Shown piece by piece: positions 1-12,822 of a stretch of 64,000 nt of DNA. Below the pieces are notes generated by a model. That model was given only the letters and a program-made list of their open reading frames with translations. It had not been told where the DNA came from and made no database searches. Position 1 is the first letter of the stretch. The number at the start of each line of letters is the position of its first letter. The position numbers and the translations under genes were made by a program. The stretch is taken from contig NIVC01001370.1 of the NCBI GenBank assembly GCA_002269645.1, positions 1 to 64,000 on the forward strand, given 5' to 3'. This DNA comes from Macrostomum lignano. Taxonomy: Eukaryota.

Positions 1-272
1 ACTGAGGATCTTGAGAGGCTGGCCAGGAACTGAGGATCTGAGAGGCTGGCCAGGAACTGAGGATCTGAGAGGCTGGCCCAGCAACTGAGGATCTGAGAGG
101 CCCAGCAACTGGGGATCTGGGAGGGTGGCCCAGCAACTGAGGATCATGAGAGGCTGGCCCAGGAACTGAGGATCTGAGAGGCCAGCAACTGGGGATCTGG
201 GAGGGTGGCCCAGCAACTGGGGATCTGGGAGGGTGGCCAGCAACTGAGGATCATGAGAGCTGGCTCCTAGCA
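1..272. repeat. ~27-28 bp minisatellite in a ZSWIM8 intron; same family as 63235-64000
   Basis: Repeats of GGCTGGCCCAGCAACTGAGGATCTG(A/G)GA running up to the splice donor at 274-278. Confidence 0.9.
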
Positions 273-278
273 ACTCAC

Positions 279-814
279 CGCCAGACGAAGCGGAGCGGGC
301 CTTCTGCACAAAGGCCAGCACTTCGCCGTGATATTTTCGCAGCTGTTGTTCAAGGCCGCAGCGCTGCCGCCGGCTCAGCCTCGGGTCCATGGCGGCCAGA
401 CGCCAGACGTTGACCAGCTCGTCGCAGAAGGAGGCCACAGCGTACTGGATCTGCGGCGGGCTGAGGCTGGCGGCCGGAAATCGCACAGTCTGATTGAAGG
501 CGGTGAACAGCTTGGTGACAAACCAGGCCAGCACAGCCGGCTCGCAGCGCAGCACCTCGTCGGTGACGCCAGTCAGCAGGGTTCGCGCGTTGCTATCCCG
601 CCTGCGCAGTAGCTCCCGACCGATCTGCAGAAGATTCCAGACGCCTTCGGGCTCGCGACTGCGCAACGGCTTCAACAAGTTAAGATAGTCCTGCACCGGG
701 GCCGGCTGATTGCTGTTTAAATAGTGCGGATCGCTCAGCACAACGGGCTGTGGCGAGCAGAATTTGCGCAGAATATTGCTCACGTTCTCTTGCAGACGGG
801 GGACGTCAACATAC
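279..814 (-). CDS. ZSWIM8: ZSWIM8 exon 3 (not in the ORF track); gene continues off the window
   Basis: CAG acceptor at 817-815, GTGAG donor at 278-274; open frame YVDVPRLQENVSNILRKFCSP...LRSREPEGVWNLLQIGRELLRRRDSNA...FCDELVNVWRLAAMDP matches ZSWIM8 REPEGVWNLL/RRDSNA/CDEMVTLWRLA; TG+G phase join with exon 2 gives Trp. Confidence 0.9.
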
Positions 815-894
815 CTGAGTGGGTTGAAAATTGGTTGGAATGCGTCTTAAATTTGTTTGTGAGGGCGCTTGGAGGATGGGCGCCTTCGAGTGAG

Positions 895-1515
895 TGACAG
901 TTCTATCCTGAGCATGGCGCCGCCTGACAGTTTTACTCTGGCGCCGTCTGACAGTTTTATTCTGGCGCCGCCTGACAGTTCTATTCTGGCGCCGCCTGAC
1001 AGTTCTATTCTGGCGCCGCCTGACAGTTCTATTCTGGCGCCGCCTGACAGTTCTTTTCTGGCGCCCCCTGCCAGTTCTATTCTGGCACCGCCTGACGGTT
1101 CCATTCTGGCACTTCCTGACAGTTCTATTCTGGCGCCGCCTGACACTTCTATCCTGGCACCGCCTGACAGTTCTATTCTGGCGCCGCCTGACAGTTCTAT
1201 TCTGGCGCCGCCTGACAGTTCTTTTCTGGCGCGCCTGACAGTTCTTTTCTGGCGCCGCCTGACAGTTCTTTTCTGGCGCCCCCTGCCAGTTCTATTCTGG
1301 CACCGCCTGACGGTTCCATTCTGGCACCTCCTGACAGTTCTATTCTGGCAATCTGGCGCCGTCTGACAGTTCTATTCTGGAGCTGCCTGACAGTTCTATT
1401 CTGGAGCTGCCTGACAGTTCTATTCTGGAGCTGCCTGACAGTTCTATTCTGGAGCTGCCTGACAGTTCTATTCTGGCACCGCCTGACAGTTCTATTCTGG
1501 TGCATCTAACTGACA
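895..1515. repeat. 24-bp intronic minisatellite (CTGACAGTTCTATTCTGGCGCCGC)n
   Basis: About 25 tandem copies filling ZSWIM8 intron 2; explains the periodic ORFs 847-1505. Confidence 0.95.
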
Positions 1516-1613
1516 GTTAATTTTCTGACCCGTATTAAAATTTATATCATGGTATCCATTACAATAACAATGTGTGCTACAATAAGAAGATAAAAAAGCA
1601 ACAAACTGCTCAC

Positions 1614-2289
1614 CATCTGCTAATATCAGCTAGCGAAGCACCAGCCGTGGGATCTGGAGCGCCAGGCGAGTCCCTAATCTCATTGAACGCGGCAGATTTA
1701 GACAATAGATTATCCAACAATTGCTGAGCAGGTGGCAGTATGTCCGTCGGATTTAGGGACGACAATAGAAACTGGGCAAACTTTCTCAGTTGCACAGGCT
1801 GCAGAGTGTTCAGAGTCTCGCTAATCGGCGCATTCATTGGCACAGAGTTGGCATTCTTCACCCGGTGTAGGCAGACTGCCACCACGTGCTGGCACCAGAC
1901 TCTGTTAGCGGAGCCGCACGAGCAGGAGCACTTGACAATTCTGCACCGATCGAACGACAGCGCCACTTTGTATTGAGAGCCTGGCGCTGTGCAGTTACTA
2001 ACGCCGGGACATTTGGACACTTTGGCCAAGATTTGGAAGCCAATTTGAATGCAGTCGGACACAGCGCCCTGCCTATAGAGCTCTTCGCCTTGGGTGAACT
2101 CTTCATTAGATCCCGTGGCTAGACAGCAATATAGCCTAATATCGTCTTCGCTATCCGGAAAGGAGTAGAATGAGATTTTCAACTGCAACTCTTCCGGCAC
2201 TGGTGGGTGATGAGTTTCCACTAGTTCGAATGGCAACTTCTGGGCAATCACTTTGGCGCACAGGTTGGTCAGTTTAAGCAGGCCGCGAT
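1614..2289 (-). CDS. ZSWIM8: ZSWIM8 exon 2 (BC/Cullin-box region and SWIM zinc finger)
   Basis: PPVPEELQLKISFYSFPDSEDDIRLY, CSCSC...WCQHVVAVCL (SWIM CxC-x-CxH), GAPDPTAG; CAG acceptor 2292-2290, GTGAG donor 1613-1609. Confidence 0.95.
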
Positions 2290-3225
2290 CTGTTTAAATT
2301 ATTATAAAGAATAGAGTTCACAAAGGGGGTGGTAGCTAACCCTATTGACTTTTCATGGAAAGCTCAGATATTTCAGCTAAGCATAAATCCAAATAGAAAA
2401 TCAATCAAAAAAGATTTTGGTTCTATTGGCATTTCTGAACAATTAGTTCAGATTATAACCTTTTAACTAGTATTGAAGACCCAGTAGTTGTTTTGTATCA
2501 TGTAGCATATGACATGACACCAACTTATAGCATATAAATGTTTTGTTTATAAGTTAAATGCAATTAAATTTAAGTTATATCTTTTAAACTTATATTTTAC
2601 TTAAAATATATTTAATAAAAGTTTGTTTGAATTTCTAGAATTCTAAATGACTAGCAAATTTGATTGAATAATCTATAAAATTGAGTCTTTTAGACTTTTG
2701 CAATTTTTGTAAGTTGGAGGCTCAAAAATATAAATAGCAGCCTCTTGAATTTTGCCTAGCTTATACAATAGTTTTGCATAGAGATAGAATTACAATATAC
2801 CTATCTTTAAGTAGGCTTTGTGCAACTTTTTTTCTTTTATTTATCATGTTTTCAATTGTTCATTCAATCATTAATTTTATTTTTATGATTTTATCCTATG
2901 TTACCCTTTTTAATTTTTAGTGCTTTGTTGACTCTTTTGCAATATAACTAACTGCCTTGAACAATCTATCATCTAGGTAGTTTGGCTAGATTTGTCATGT
3001 GTCAACTAATAGAAGTTTATAAAGATCTTGATCATCATAATATTTTGATTTATAGTCTATAAAAATGATTTCTATACTTTTAACTTTTTGCAAAGATTAT
3101 AATAATTTTTGCAATAGGTTAGAGATAAAGTTGGAGGGTTGCATATGCTGATATGCATATTCCAGCCAATTATTGTTTTTCAATCTAATTTATTATACTA
3201 TTTATCAAATGTGCTACTATGAGTA

Positions 3226-5401
3226 CAAGGGGTGTCCCAAAAGTCAGTGCACTTTCTTCACTACAGCCTTTTATGACCAATCAGAAATATTTATTTTGTA
3301 GCAGTTAACAAGAGAATTATCTGCACATTAAAATGACTTTCTATTTATTTTTGTATCTGCTGCATTCTTGAGATATGAGCACTTTTCTGCCCCACCCCTG
3401 TGCTACTTCTACAAATTGCCATAGACCAAAGCTTTGTACCTGATGCGCAAAAAAATGAAACATTTAACAAAACATCTGCAACATGAAAGCTGAGGAAAGA
3501 ATAGTTAAAAGTTAATCATCAACATTGTCCTGAGGCTTCTCCACATAATCACCACTATGCTGCACACTTATGCCATTGGCTATGCATGTTATCAATGGCA
3601 TTAGTAAAATCTGAGTGTGGCATCTCATTAAAGAGAACTTGGCAATTCAATGCTTCCAGGCTCTAATGAGTCACAACAAGCAAAGATTCATCCACGCAGC
3701 AGCTTTTTCATCTTTGGAAAGATGGAAAAGTCAGCTGGTGACAAATCCGGAGAGAAGGTGTGGGTATGAGAGCAACTCAAAATTTGCCTGCTTGATTGTC
3801 TCTTCCATATTCTTGGCCATATGGGGATGTGCATTGTCATGGTGCAGAAGGTGCAGAGCTGCAGTACCCAGTGGGCCAAGATTTTGACAGTCATCGTGTG
3901 GTGGAACAGTGAATTTTGGACTGCCAAGCATGTCCACAATCTCACAAACTGTCAGTCTGGCATTGGTGTCAAGCAATTCCTGAATTTGTCAATGCTATTG
4001 TTGGTGTCATTGCCAATGGCAGAAGTGTGCAGAACAGTGAACTTTGGACTGACAAGCATGTCCACAATCTCACAAACTGTCAGTCTGGCATTGGTGTCAA
4101 GCAATTCCTGAATTTGTCAATGCTATTGTTATGTCATTGCCAATGGCAGAAGTGTGCAGAACAGTGAACTTTGGACTGACAAGCATGTCCACAATCTCAC
4201 AAACTGTCAGTCTGGCATTGGTGTCAAGCAATTCCTGAATTTGTCAATGCTATTGTTGATGTCATTGCCAATGGCAGAAGTGTGCAGAACAGTGAAATTT
4301 GGACTGACAAGCATGTCCACAATCTCAAAAACTGTCAGTCTGGCATTGGTGTCAAGCAATTCCTGAATTTGTCAATGCTATTGTTGATGTCATTGCCAAT
4401 GGCAGAAGTGTGCAGAACAGTGAACTTTGGACTGACAAGCATGTCCACAATCTCACAAACTGTCAGTCTGGCATTGGTGTCAAGCAATTCCTGAATTTGT
4501 CAATGCTATTGTTGATGTCATTGCCAATGGCAGAAGTGTGCAGAACAGTGAAATTTGGACTGACAAGCATGTCCACAATCTCACAAACTGTCAGTCTGGC
4601 ATTGGTGTCAAGCAATTCCTGAATTTGTCAATGCTATTGTTGATGTCATTGCCAATGGCAGAAGTGTGCAGAACAGTGAACTTTGGACTGACAAGCATGT
4701 CCACAATCTCACAAACTGTCAGTCTGGCATTGGTGTCAAGCAATTCCTGAATTTGTCAATGCTATTGTTGATGTCATTGCCAATGGCAGAAGTGTGCAGA
4801 ACAGTGAACTTTGGACTGACAAGCATGTCCACAATCTCACAAACTGTCAGTCTGGCATTGGTGTCAAGCAATTCCTGAATTTGTCAATGCTATTGTTGAT
4901 GTCATTGCCAATGGCAGAAGTGTGCAGAACAGTGAACTTTGGACTGACAAGCATGTCCACAATCTCACAAACTGTCAGTCTGGCATTGGTGTCAAGCAAT
5001 TCCGGAATTTGTCAATGCTATTGTTGATGTCATTGCCAATGGCAGAAGTGTATAGCACAGTGGTGACTATGTGGAGAAGCCTTAGGACAATGTTGATGAT
5101 TAACTTTTAACTGTTCTTTCCTTAGCTTTCATGTTGCAGATATTTTGTTGATTCATTGAATGTTTTGTTGTTTTGTGCATCAGGTACTTGAAGCTTTGGT
5201 CTATGGCAATTTGTAGAAGTAGCACAGGGGATGGGGCAGAAAAGTGCTCATATTTCAAGAATGCCAGCAGATACAGAAATAAATAGAAATTCATTTTAAT
5301 AGGCAGATAATTCTCTTGTTAACTGCTACAAAATAAATATTTCTGATTGGTTAGAAAAGGCTATAGTGAAAAAAGTACACCAAATTTTGGGACACCCCAT
5401 G
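3226..5401 (-). mobile_element. Defective mariner with ~350-bp terminal inverted repeats and TA flanks
   Basis: TA|CAAGGGGTGTCCCAAAA and reverse complement TA|CATGGGGTGTCCCAAAA; inverted homology 3226-~3570 vs ~5045-5401; remnants HHDNAHPH and SPDLSPADFSIFPKMKKLLRG (mariner HDNA/YSPDLAP motifs). Confidence 0.9.
3910..5050. repeat. 128-bp tandem repeat (~9 copies) derived from mariner transposase coding sequence
   Basis: ORF starts recur every 128 bp (4154, 4282, 4410, 4538, 4666, 4794, 4922); minus strand reads ELLDTNARLTVCEIVDML, like the second mariner HTH. Confidence 0.9.
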
Positions 5402-6039
5402 TATATAACCAATAGCTTATCTATTGTTGTTATGCATCATTATTGAAGGTTATTTATTGAACTTAATTGCAAAACCTTTGGATTTACTATAAACTCCTAT
5501 AGTCAAAAAGGTGGCCTTTGCCATAAAAATTCTACTTTATTTATGCTAGCCTTATATGCATATATATATGCATACACTAATGCTTACATTTACTTAGGGT
5601 AGAGGTCCCTAGTGCACTTGGTGCATAATCATGGCATATATTAAAATCCTCATTTACTAATCCCTAGCATATATAATATAGCAAATAATTGCCTATATAA
5701 ACCAATACAAAAATCTACAAATTATAAATATTGTCTTCCTATTTATAGCTAGGTAGATTAAAGCAATGTAAAATTAAATGTCGTGTTCAAGTAAAAAAGT
5801 GTTTTAAATAGATTAAAACTCAAACTTTGACCTTTCAAATTATGGATGTTTTTAGTCCAGGCTAACTATTCTAGGCAAAGTCTAACTGAGATTAGATTTT
5901 TGTTTTTAAGCAAGATTGAGCAAGAATTTTTATTAAAAAATTGAGATTGAGAAAAATTCAATTGAGAATTAGAGATACAGCTGCAATTATGAATTTGTAT
6001 AATAGTACTTTATAAGTTATATATAAAATGTGGCTTATA

Positions 6040-6685
6040 TTATAGTGTTCCGGTTATAGCTACGGCTACAGCTACGGGATCCTACAGAAAATACAGTAAA
6101 ATAGATGCCTATGGCAGCTACGGATACACCAATGGTAGCTAGCTGCTCTTATGGCTACAACTACGGAAATATGGTAGTTGTTGTCACATTCCACAGATTC
6201 CCATAGCTGTAGTTATTAATGTTTAAAAATTGAAAAAATATTAGAAACAGGTAAAGTAAAACAAATATACTTTTAGTAAACTGTATTATTAACTTAGAAA
6301 CTTTTAAAATATATCTAAAAAGTACAATAAAACTAGCAAACTCTAATTTTTATTAATGTGAAAAAGTTCAGCATTAGTACTTTCAGTAACAATTAAGTAT
6401 TGTTGCTTTGAAAAAAAGACGAAATATAATCTTACAAAGACAATCAAGTGTTTATTTTATTTTCTAACTTAATTTGCAGTTGTTTAAGCACTAGGTTATC
6501 TTTTTAATTCAAAATATTTTGTTTTCTAGACTTTTGTTAAAACTATGGCTATGGCTACGGGAACTACAGGAATGTGGTAATATTGGGGTCCCTTCAACTA
6601 CGGAATATGGAGAATTGGAACAAGCCATAGTTTGCTTATGGCTATGGCTATGGTACATGGACCCTACTTATGGTGGAACACTACT
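6040..6685. mobile_element. Possible non-autonomous hAT-like element
   Basis: Short inverted termini TAGTGTTCC...GGAACACTA with clustered GCTA(C/T)GG subterminal motifs; no TSD verified. Confidence 0.4.
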
Positions 6686-6888
6686 ATATTATAAGTAAAT
6701 AGAATATAGTATAAACAAATGGCTCAAATGTTCCTTCACAATAATATATATTTGCAGCTATATATAGAAATAAGCCACTATGTAGCTATAGGCCTATGCT
6801 ACTGTAGGCCCTAAAGTATTTAAATAGGTTGAAAAGTAGTAATAGCCTATTAGGTAAGCCATAATCAAGATCATAATATACCTGCGCC

Positions 6889-7493
6889 TATATTGCGGAA
6901 GGTGTAGTATACGCCAGAAAATTCCGGCGTACAAATGCTTTAGCTGGCGTACATCTGGCATACAAACGCTTTAAGTGGCTTATATCTGGCGTACAAATTC
7001 TTTGGCTGGCGTACATCTATCGTAACCGGAGGAAATACAACCTCCAAGCACAATCATCTGCTTACAATTCTTAACTATACTTGTTCAAGCTTTCAGTGCA
7101 GCATAGAAAGCATTGATGTATGACACCATTATGTAAATTACGCTAAATAGTCAATAAAGTTACTTTGCTAAGTTATGACAATAAATTGAATATTTAAACA
7201 ATATATTAAAGTTCTTTTTAAAAAATGTACCTTAACTAGTAGTAAATGTAAAAACTTTGGTTTACTAATTATTTTTGTTTTTTAAACAATGTACGTTTTC
7301 AATTTTACTTTTTTACGGTAATTTTTTGATGCGCGCCTCGGCATGCTTCTTTCATAGTTTTTGTGCTTGTTAATCATGCATTTTTATTGGCGTACAATTT
7401 ACTAGAACCCTTAATTGGCATACTTTATTGGCATACACTTTACTATATAGCCAGATACTTTCTGGCGTACATATAACACGATCCGCAATATGG
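6889..7493. mobile_element. MITE with 8-9 bp target-site duplication (TACGCC/GGCGTA-motif family)
   Basis: Direct repeat ACCTGCGCC at 6880-6888 and 7494-7502; inverted ends ATATTGCGG...TACGCCAGAAA. Confidence 0.8.
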
Positions 7494-8324
7494 ACCTGCG
7501 CCAAAACAAATCCTATCAAAAGAGTTTGATTGCATACCACACTCTAGATCATGTAGTATAAACCCAAAAATTTGGGCGTGCATTGGCCTTGCACACCAAA
7601 ATTAGGTATACACAGTTGGCGTGCATTACTCCTCACTCCTAAGAAAATAATGTGCATGCACATCTGGCATGCACTTTATAGAATCACGCGTAAGAGTTAT
7701 GAAATAGAAAAAAGATGAAAAAAGTTCATTTAAGCGCAAATTTCAAGCTTTCTAGTTTTTTCAAGCTTGTAAAATATCATTTGAACAAATCTTTGCATGT
7801 ATAAATTTCCTGCTATAAGTATAAATAGTATCACCAAAACTAAAAAGCATAAAAAGCAACCAAATTATTTCGTAATAAAGGTCTATTACACAATTTAAAA
7901 AAAGGTATTTTATTGTCACAACATAAAAAAGGTCATTTATTGTCGCAATACTGGCGTATTTTTGAGAATGGGCATGCACTACATTTGTTTTGGTGTGCAT
8001 TAGTAATTATTCAATTTTTGTTTGGGCATGCACCCAGCATGATCCGGACTATAGATTGCACAGCATGCTAAAACTTGTTTTGCAAAAAATACAAAAACAT
8101 TGAAATCTGCATTTTCCATTTAAAAAATAGTACTAGTAACTAGTAAGACTTATATTTGAACCTGTTTTATAGAAATACAATATTAACTTATTTTTATTGA
8201 AAAAAGCAGTCAAGTGTCAATATACTAGGCCCTAGCCCTAGTATATTATATACTAGCAAACAAAGCATTAGACAATTGCATTATTTGCTTTTTTCATTTG
8301 GCACTTTACAATATTTTAGTGTAA

Positions 8325-8362
8325 GTGTAAGTGTAAGTGTGTAAGTGTAAGTGTAAGTGTAA
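8325..8362. repeat. (GTGTAA)n microsatellite
   Basis: About 6 hexamer copies. Confidence 0.85.
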
Positions 8363-8515
8363 GGAGTATAAATGCCTTGGCTATTTTATAGATTTTGTAC
8401 AAATAGGGCCAAGGCCAAGGGGCCTTATAGTTATAGAATTTATATTTATTAAAGATGTAACACATTGAAAGAAAATCAAATCAAAATGAAAACTATAACA
8501 GAGCCTAATTCTTAC

Positions 8516-8687
8516 CTTCAGACTTGGTAACAGAATCCCATTGTGACTTGCTATTTATTTTCTTCCATCCTCGCCAATTGAAGGCCACAAAACTCGACTC
8601 ACTGTTGTATGAGCACACAGAATCATCGTCAAATCTGTCACTGTCTTCGAAGTCAAGATCCACATCTCTAGAATTGTTGGATGCCAT
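8516..8687 (-). CDS. ZSWIM8: ZSWIM8 exon 1
   Basis: FEDSDRFDDDSVCSY...NWRGWKK matches the ZSWIM8 N-terminus (FEDSDRFEEDSLCS...NWRGWRK); G|GTAAG donor at 8515-8511, phase-compatible with exon 2 (G+AT = Asp). Confidence 0.92.
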
Positions 8688-9289
8688 TCCAACTATAATA
8701 AAGAGTGAATTAGACTATATCGAATTCAGCCGGCAATTAAGTGGAATGTCTGAATCTGAACCTTGATATTTCCTAAATTTTGACGCGTAAATAAATACGT
8801 ATATCGGTGAACAAAGAGAATCAGATGTTTATATTTACATTTTCAAGAACTTTGAGTATATATAAAAACTATACAAAAATTGTATTAGAGAAACTAATAA
8901 TGCTTGAAACATTATATTTATATTTATTTATTACTATTTCCTTTCTTTTTATCGCTTAAAGTGTAATCTACTTAACAGTATTTGTTTATCCATTCAAACC
9001 CACGATAACTTTAATGCCAGGACCTTCTCCAATAGGCGTGACAAGTTGAGCGGTTAGGGCATTAAGCTCAATGGAGCTCAGAAGCGGCCAGGATGACAAC
9101 TGATAAACCGTTCCGGCAATTCATTACCAACAACACGAATCGTCGAGACAAAATGGCGACATTATAATCGACATGTACATGTATTTGTAGGGATCGATAC
9201 ATTTGTAGTTGTAGTCCGTGAGTTTGGAGGTGCTAATGCATGAAGGTGCTAATGCTAGGATATATGGCATAAGCTAAAAGTGCGTACAA

Positions 9290-9925
9290 CGTGCCAGAGC
9301 AGCTAATTTTCGCCATCAGGGCGATGTACCACGAAAACTGCTGTTTCAACACCGGACGGCCTATCGGACTTCTTTGAGAGATCCTCCGGGGTGCTTTAGG
9401 GAGATATACTTGCGCCGTTCCTGTTCGTTTTGTTGCTTGACTGGGTGCTGCGGATCGCTTTTCCTACCAACGACGACGGCTTTCTGTTGCGGCGACGCAT
9501 GGGTCGTCTTCAACCGGAGAGGCGGCTCAGCGTGCCAACGATCTTGTACTGCTGTCTTCAACAGTCGAGGGCGCTGAGCGATAACTGGACAAGCTAGTTG
9601 CTGTTGTGGCGAGTGTCGGCCTGGTGGTCAACACGCAGAAAACCGTCATGCTCTGCGTGCCGAATGACATATCGAGGCTGCGATTTTGTGCCGAGGCGCT
9701 GATGGACAGACGACGGAGCTTCCGCGTTGTCAGCAGTTCGTCTACCTCGGCGGTCTGGTTCCCGGCGTCCGCGAGGGCCGTCTGGAGTCCGAGGCCCTAC
9801 GTGACAGCCAGAGGACGGCGTTGTTCCAGGCGGTGGTCGAGACCGTCCAGTAATACACGCCGAGACCTGCTGGACGCTGACGGATTTGCTCGAGCAACAA
9901 GTTGACGCGGCACATTCATGAGACA
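9290..9925 (+). mobile_element. 5'-truncated, decayed RTE-like LINE reverse transcriptase
   Basis: GVL*GDILAPFLFVLLLDWVL, ANDLVLLS (YADD relic), LDKLVAVVASVGLVVNTQKT; same family as 34160-35270. Confidence 0.85.
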
Positions 9926-9931
9926 ATGGTG

Positions 9932-10994
9932 CGAGGTGTATCCCAAAAGTAAGTTTCCCTCATACATAACTCAGCACTCACGAGGCTCAGCTAAGTGCCA
10001 TGTACGTTGTTGCTTTCTTTTTTGACTATGGCCCAACCCTAAACAAGTTGCTAAGTCCTAGCTTGTTCTCGAGCTTCATGGCTGCAACTCATGCACATCC
10101 CTTTGCAACCATGGCCGCGTCGAGCTCGTTCTCTCGCTACGACGTTCGAAGCATCATCAAGTTTTCTATGCTGTCTGGAAAATCGACACAAGAGATTCAC
10201 CAAGAACTCATGAGAGTCCTAGGAGAAGCTGCACCATCCATTCAAACGGTCAGGAAGTGGGTGCGAGAAATCCAAGGACGGGACTGCATGGAGGACAAAG
10301 AGCGTTCTGGACGACCAAGAACTGCGACAACGGATGCCAATGCTGATCGCGTGATGGCTGCTGTGAGTGAAGACAACAGAAGGACATGCAGTGAGCTGGA
10401 GGAACTCCTCGGCATTCCCCACAGCACACTGTGCACCGCATTCTGACCGAGCATTTAGGCCTACAGAAGCTTTTCGCCAAATGGGTGCCACACCTGCTGC
10501 TGACTGACGAGCAAATGGAGGAGCGGCTGGTGGTGTCCCGGCACTGCCTCCGTCGGGTTCGTCGTGAAGGCGACGGATTTCTTGGTAGAATAGTGACTGG
10601 AGACGAGACGTGGGTCTACGAATGGGACCCATGTAGACGTGGGTCTACATTGAAGGTGATGCACATCATTTTTTGACGGGATCATTCTGGACTGGCCTGT
10701 GCCTGTGGGTACCAAAGTGAATGCTGAGTACTTTCGATGTGTGCTTCAAGAGAAACTGCGACCAGCGATAAGGAAAAAGCGGCAGGGCCTTCTGGAGAGA
10801 GGCGTCATCTTCCATCACGACAACGCCCCGGTGCATCGGGCCAGACGGGTTGAAGAGCTGCTCGACTCCTGGAACTGGGAAATTCTCCGCCACCCGCGCT
10901 ACTCGCCTGACATGGCTGGACAAAGTTAACGTTTTTTATAACTAATTGCTCACTGTTAACAGCTGACCGAAACTTACTTATGGAATACACCTCG
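9932..10994 (+). mobile_element. Mariner (DD34D) element with frameshifted, internally deleted transposase
   Basis: TIRs CGAGGTGTAT(C/T)CCA(A/T)AAGTAAGTTTC; RSGRP, WVPHLL, TGDETW, HHDNAPVH and YSPDMA motifs spread over three frames. Confidence 0.95.
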
Positions 10995-11860
10995 TAGTAG
11001 AAGATTGTGCATACGCTCGTATGTTTTTGGAGGTAAACAATGATTTATTTTCACGAGTGGCGAAGCAATGCAAATCTACCATTGTGCCATGACTATACAT
11101 GGCTATCGGGCGGACTGATGATTGCAGTAATTGTCATCTATTACGAATAGCGTTTTCGTTTACGAATTGTTTTAGAATTGAAGTGGCCACTGTTCAGATC
11201 CTATCCTATACAAGTTTCTCGAAGGTTGTAGAGCCCAGCTTTGAAAGAAGTGGAGTTGTTCTTCCTCGGAGAAATTGGACTATGAAACTGGCAACACAAC
11301 ACCAGGAAAAGTTCTCAGCAGCAAGAATCTGCTCTGCGGCAGCGAGTTCCCAAGCTTCACAACCTCGCAAGCGTCTGCCATACTATCAGAGATTTAACGG
11401 ACGATAAATTAACAGAGTTCATCATTAAGTCCAGCATCGATTCGGAGGATGAGAGTGAACTCATGAGCAACATGCAAGAGTTTCCACCCCGAAACCAGCA
11501 GCGGTAAACTTTTCACAGATTTCAGCCCCAAGTTGACGTAATTCACATCACGCCACGCAGTTCTCGTCTTAACTGCGGGCGATTCGATATGCGTAACAAG
11601 GGCCCCATAGGCTCGTGAGGAGAGAGAGGAGAGCTATGATTACGAGTTGAATTAATGCTGCCACTTGACCAACATGGTTTCCATGTGGAAAATTCTGCTG
11701 CTGGGTGTATATTAATGAAACTACAAGATTATCAGAAGTTTACAATAACCAAGACTTACAAATAAAATGATGTATTATTTACAGATTAATTATTTATTTA
11801 CAGATAAATTAATGATCGCCTGGCAATTATTGGACATTAGTAGTTCAGCTTGCCTCAGAC

Positions 11861-12287
11861 CACAGATACTAGACTAACTAGATAGGCCACTTAGCACATT
11901 TGCATGCAAGCTACTTTCAGTTCAGTAGTAAGTTACACAGAAGCATTTTAACGTATTTTTAAAGCCAAGGCTCATTTTTTGGCTCCTACCCGGCCCCAGC
12001 TTAAACACTCCAACCGCGCCTTTCCACCCCTTTCTCTGAATTCCAGCCTAGAGCTGCCATGTACGAGTACATTTCAGTGGACTGGCTAATGTACATTAAT
12101 GCTTAACCAATTAGCAAGCTGCTGTTTACGCATGCACATGGCTTCTAATCTTATCAAAGTCATTTTAGCTGCCTTTATTCTAATAAAATAGCTTATATAT
12201 TCTTATTTGCTACTGAACTGAAAGTAGAAGGCTGTTTTACTAAGTAAATATACCGGAGTGGCCTATCTACTTATTTTAGTATCTGAG
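11861..12287. mobile_element. MITE; second copy inverted at ~45517-45973
   Basis: Inverted termini CAGATACTAGA...AGTGGCC; internal sequence alignable with the second copy. Confidence 0.75.
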
Positions 12288-12822
12288 CCTCGGACCGCTC
12301 CATGGCTTATGTATTTGTATAGAATGAATAAACAGCTCAAAACGCAAATTAAAAAAGTGGGAAAATGCCAAACCGAAAACTCATCGATCAGGAGTATGCC
12401 AAATAATGCTATTATGAGTTATATAAAATATAAAAATATAAAAATGATTGCGCTCGATACTTAATAACTAGCTCGTATTTCGAAGTTTGAAGAAGTAATG
12501 ACAATCGATTTTCATTCAGCAACAGTCAAAACCGTCGCCCTACCGACTAAGGCGACTTCTCTCTCACCTCAACCAGGGTGGCGGTTTTTACTGTTGCTGA
12601 GTGCATGCACTAATTATTCAATTTATCTCGTAGTAAGTACACTTCCATTAAAATGAGAATAATTTTGAGCTAATGACAAATATGAATACACGAACCTGTA
12701 TTTGAATATGCACATGTAGATGATTTAGCAATGCAATCATACAAGAGCCTTGAGCACAAAAAGCACACAGAATTAATGACAGCTGTGGATCCAACTCATA
12801 AACGATAAAGAATGCTAGAAGA

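Noticed and set aside
328-688. Plus-strand ORFs over ZSWIM8 exon 3 (likewise antisense ORFs over CUEDC2, IGBP1, the GPCR and HORMAD)
   Set aside because: Shadow ORFs of GC-rich minus-strand exons
847-1505. Periodic ORFs over tandem repeats (also 26485-27142, 50730-51012, 52856-54433, 61807-62893, 63096-63980)
   Set aside because: Translations of minisatellites and microsatellites, open in several frames or strands; several lie inside introns with canonical splice sites
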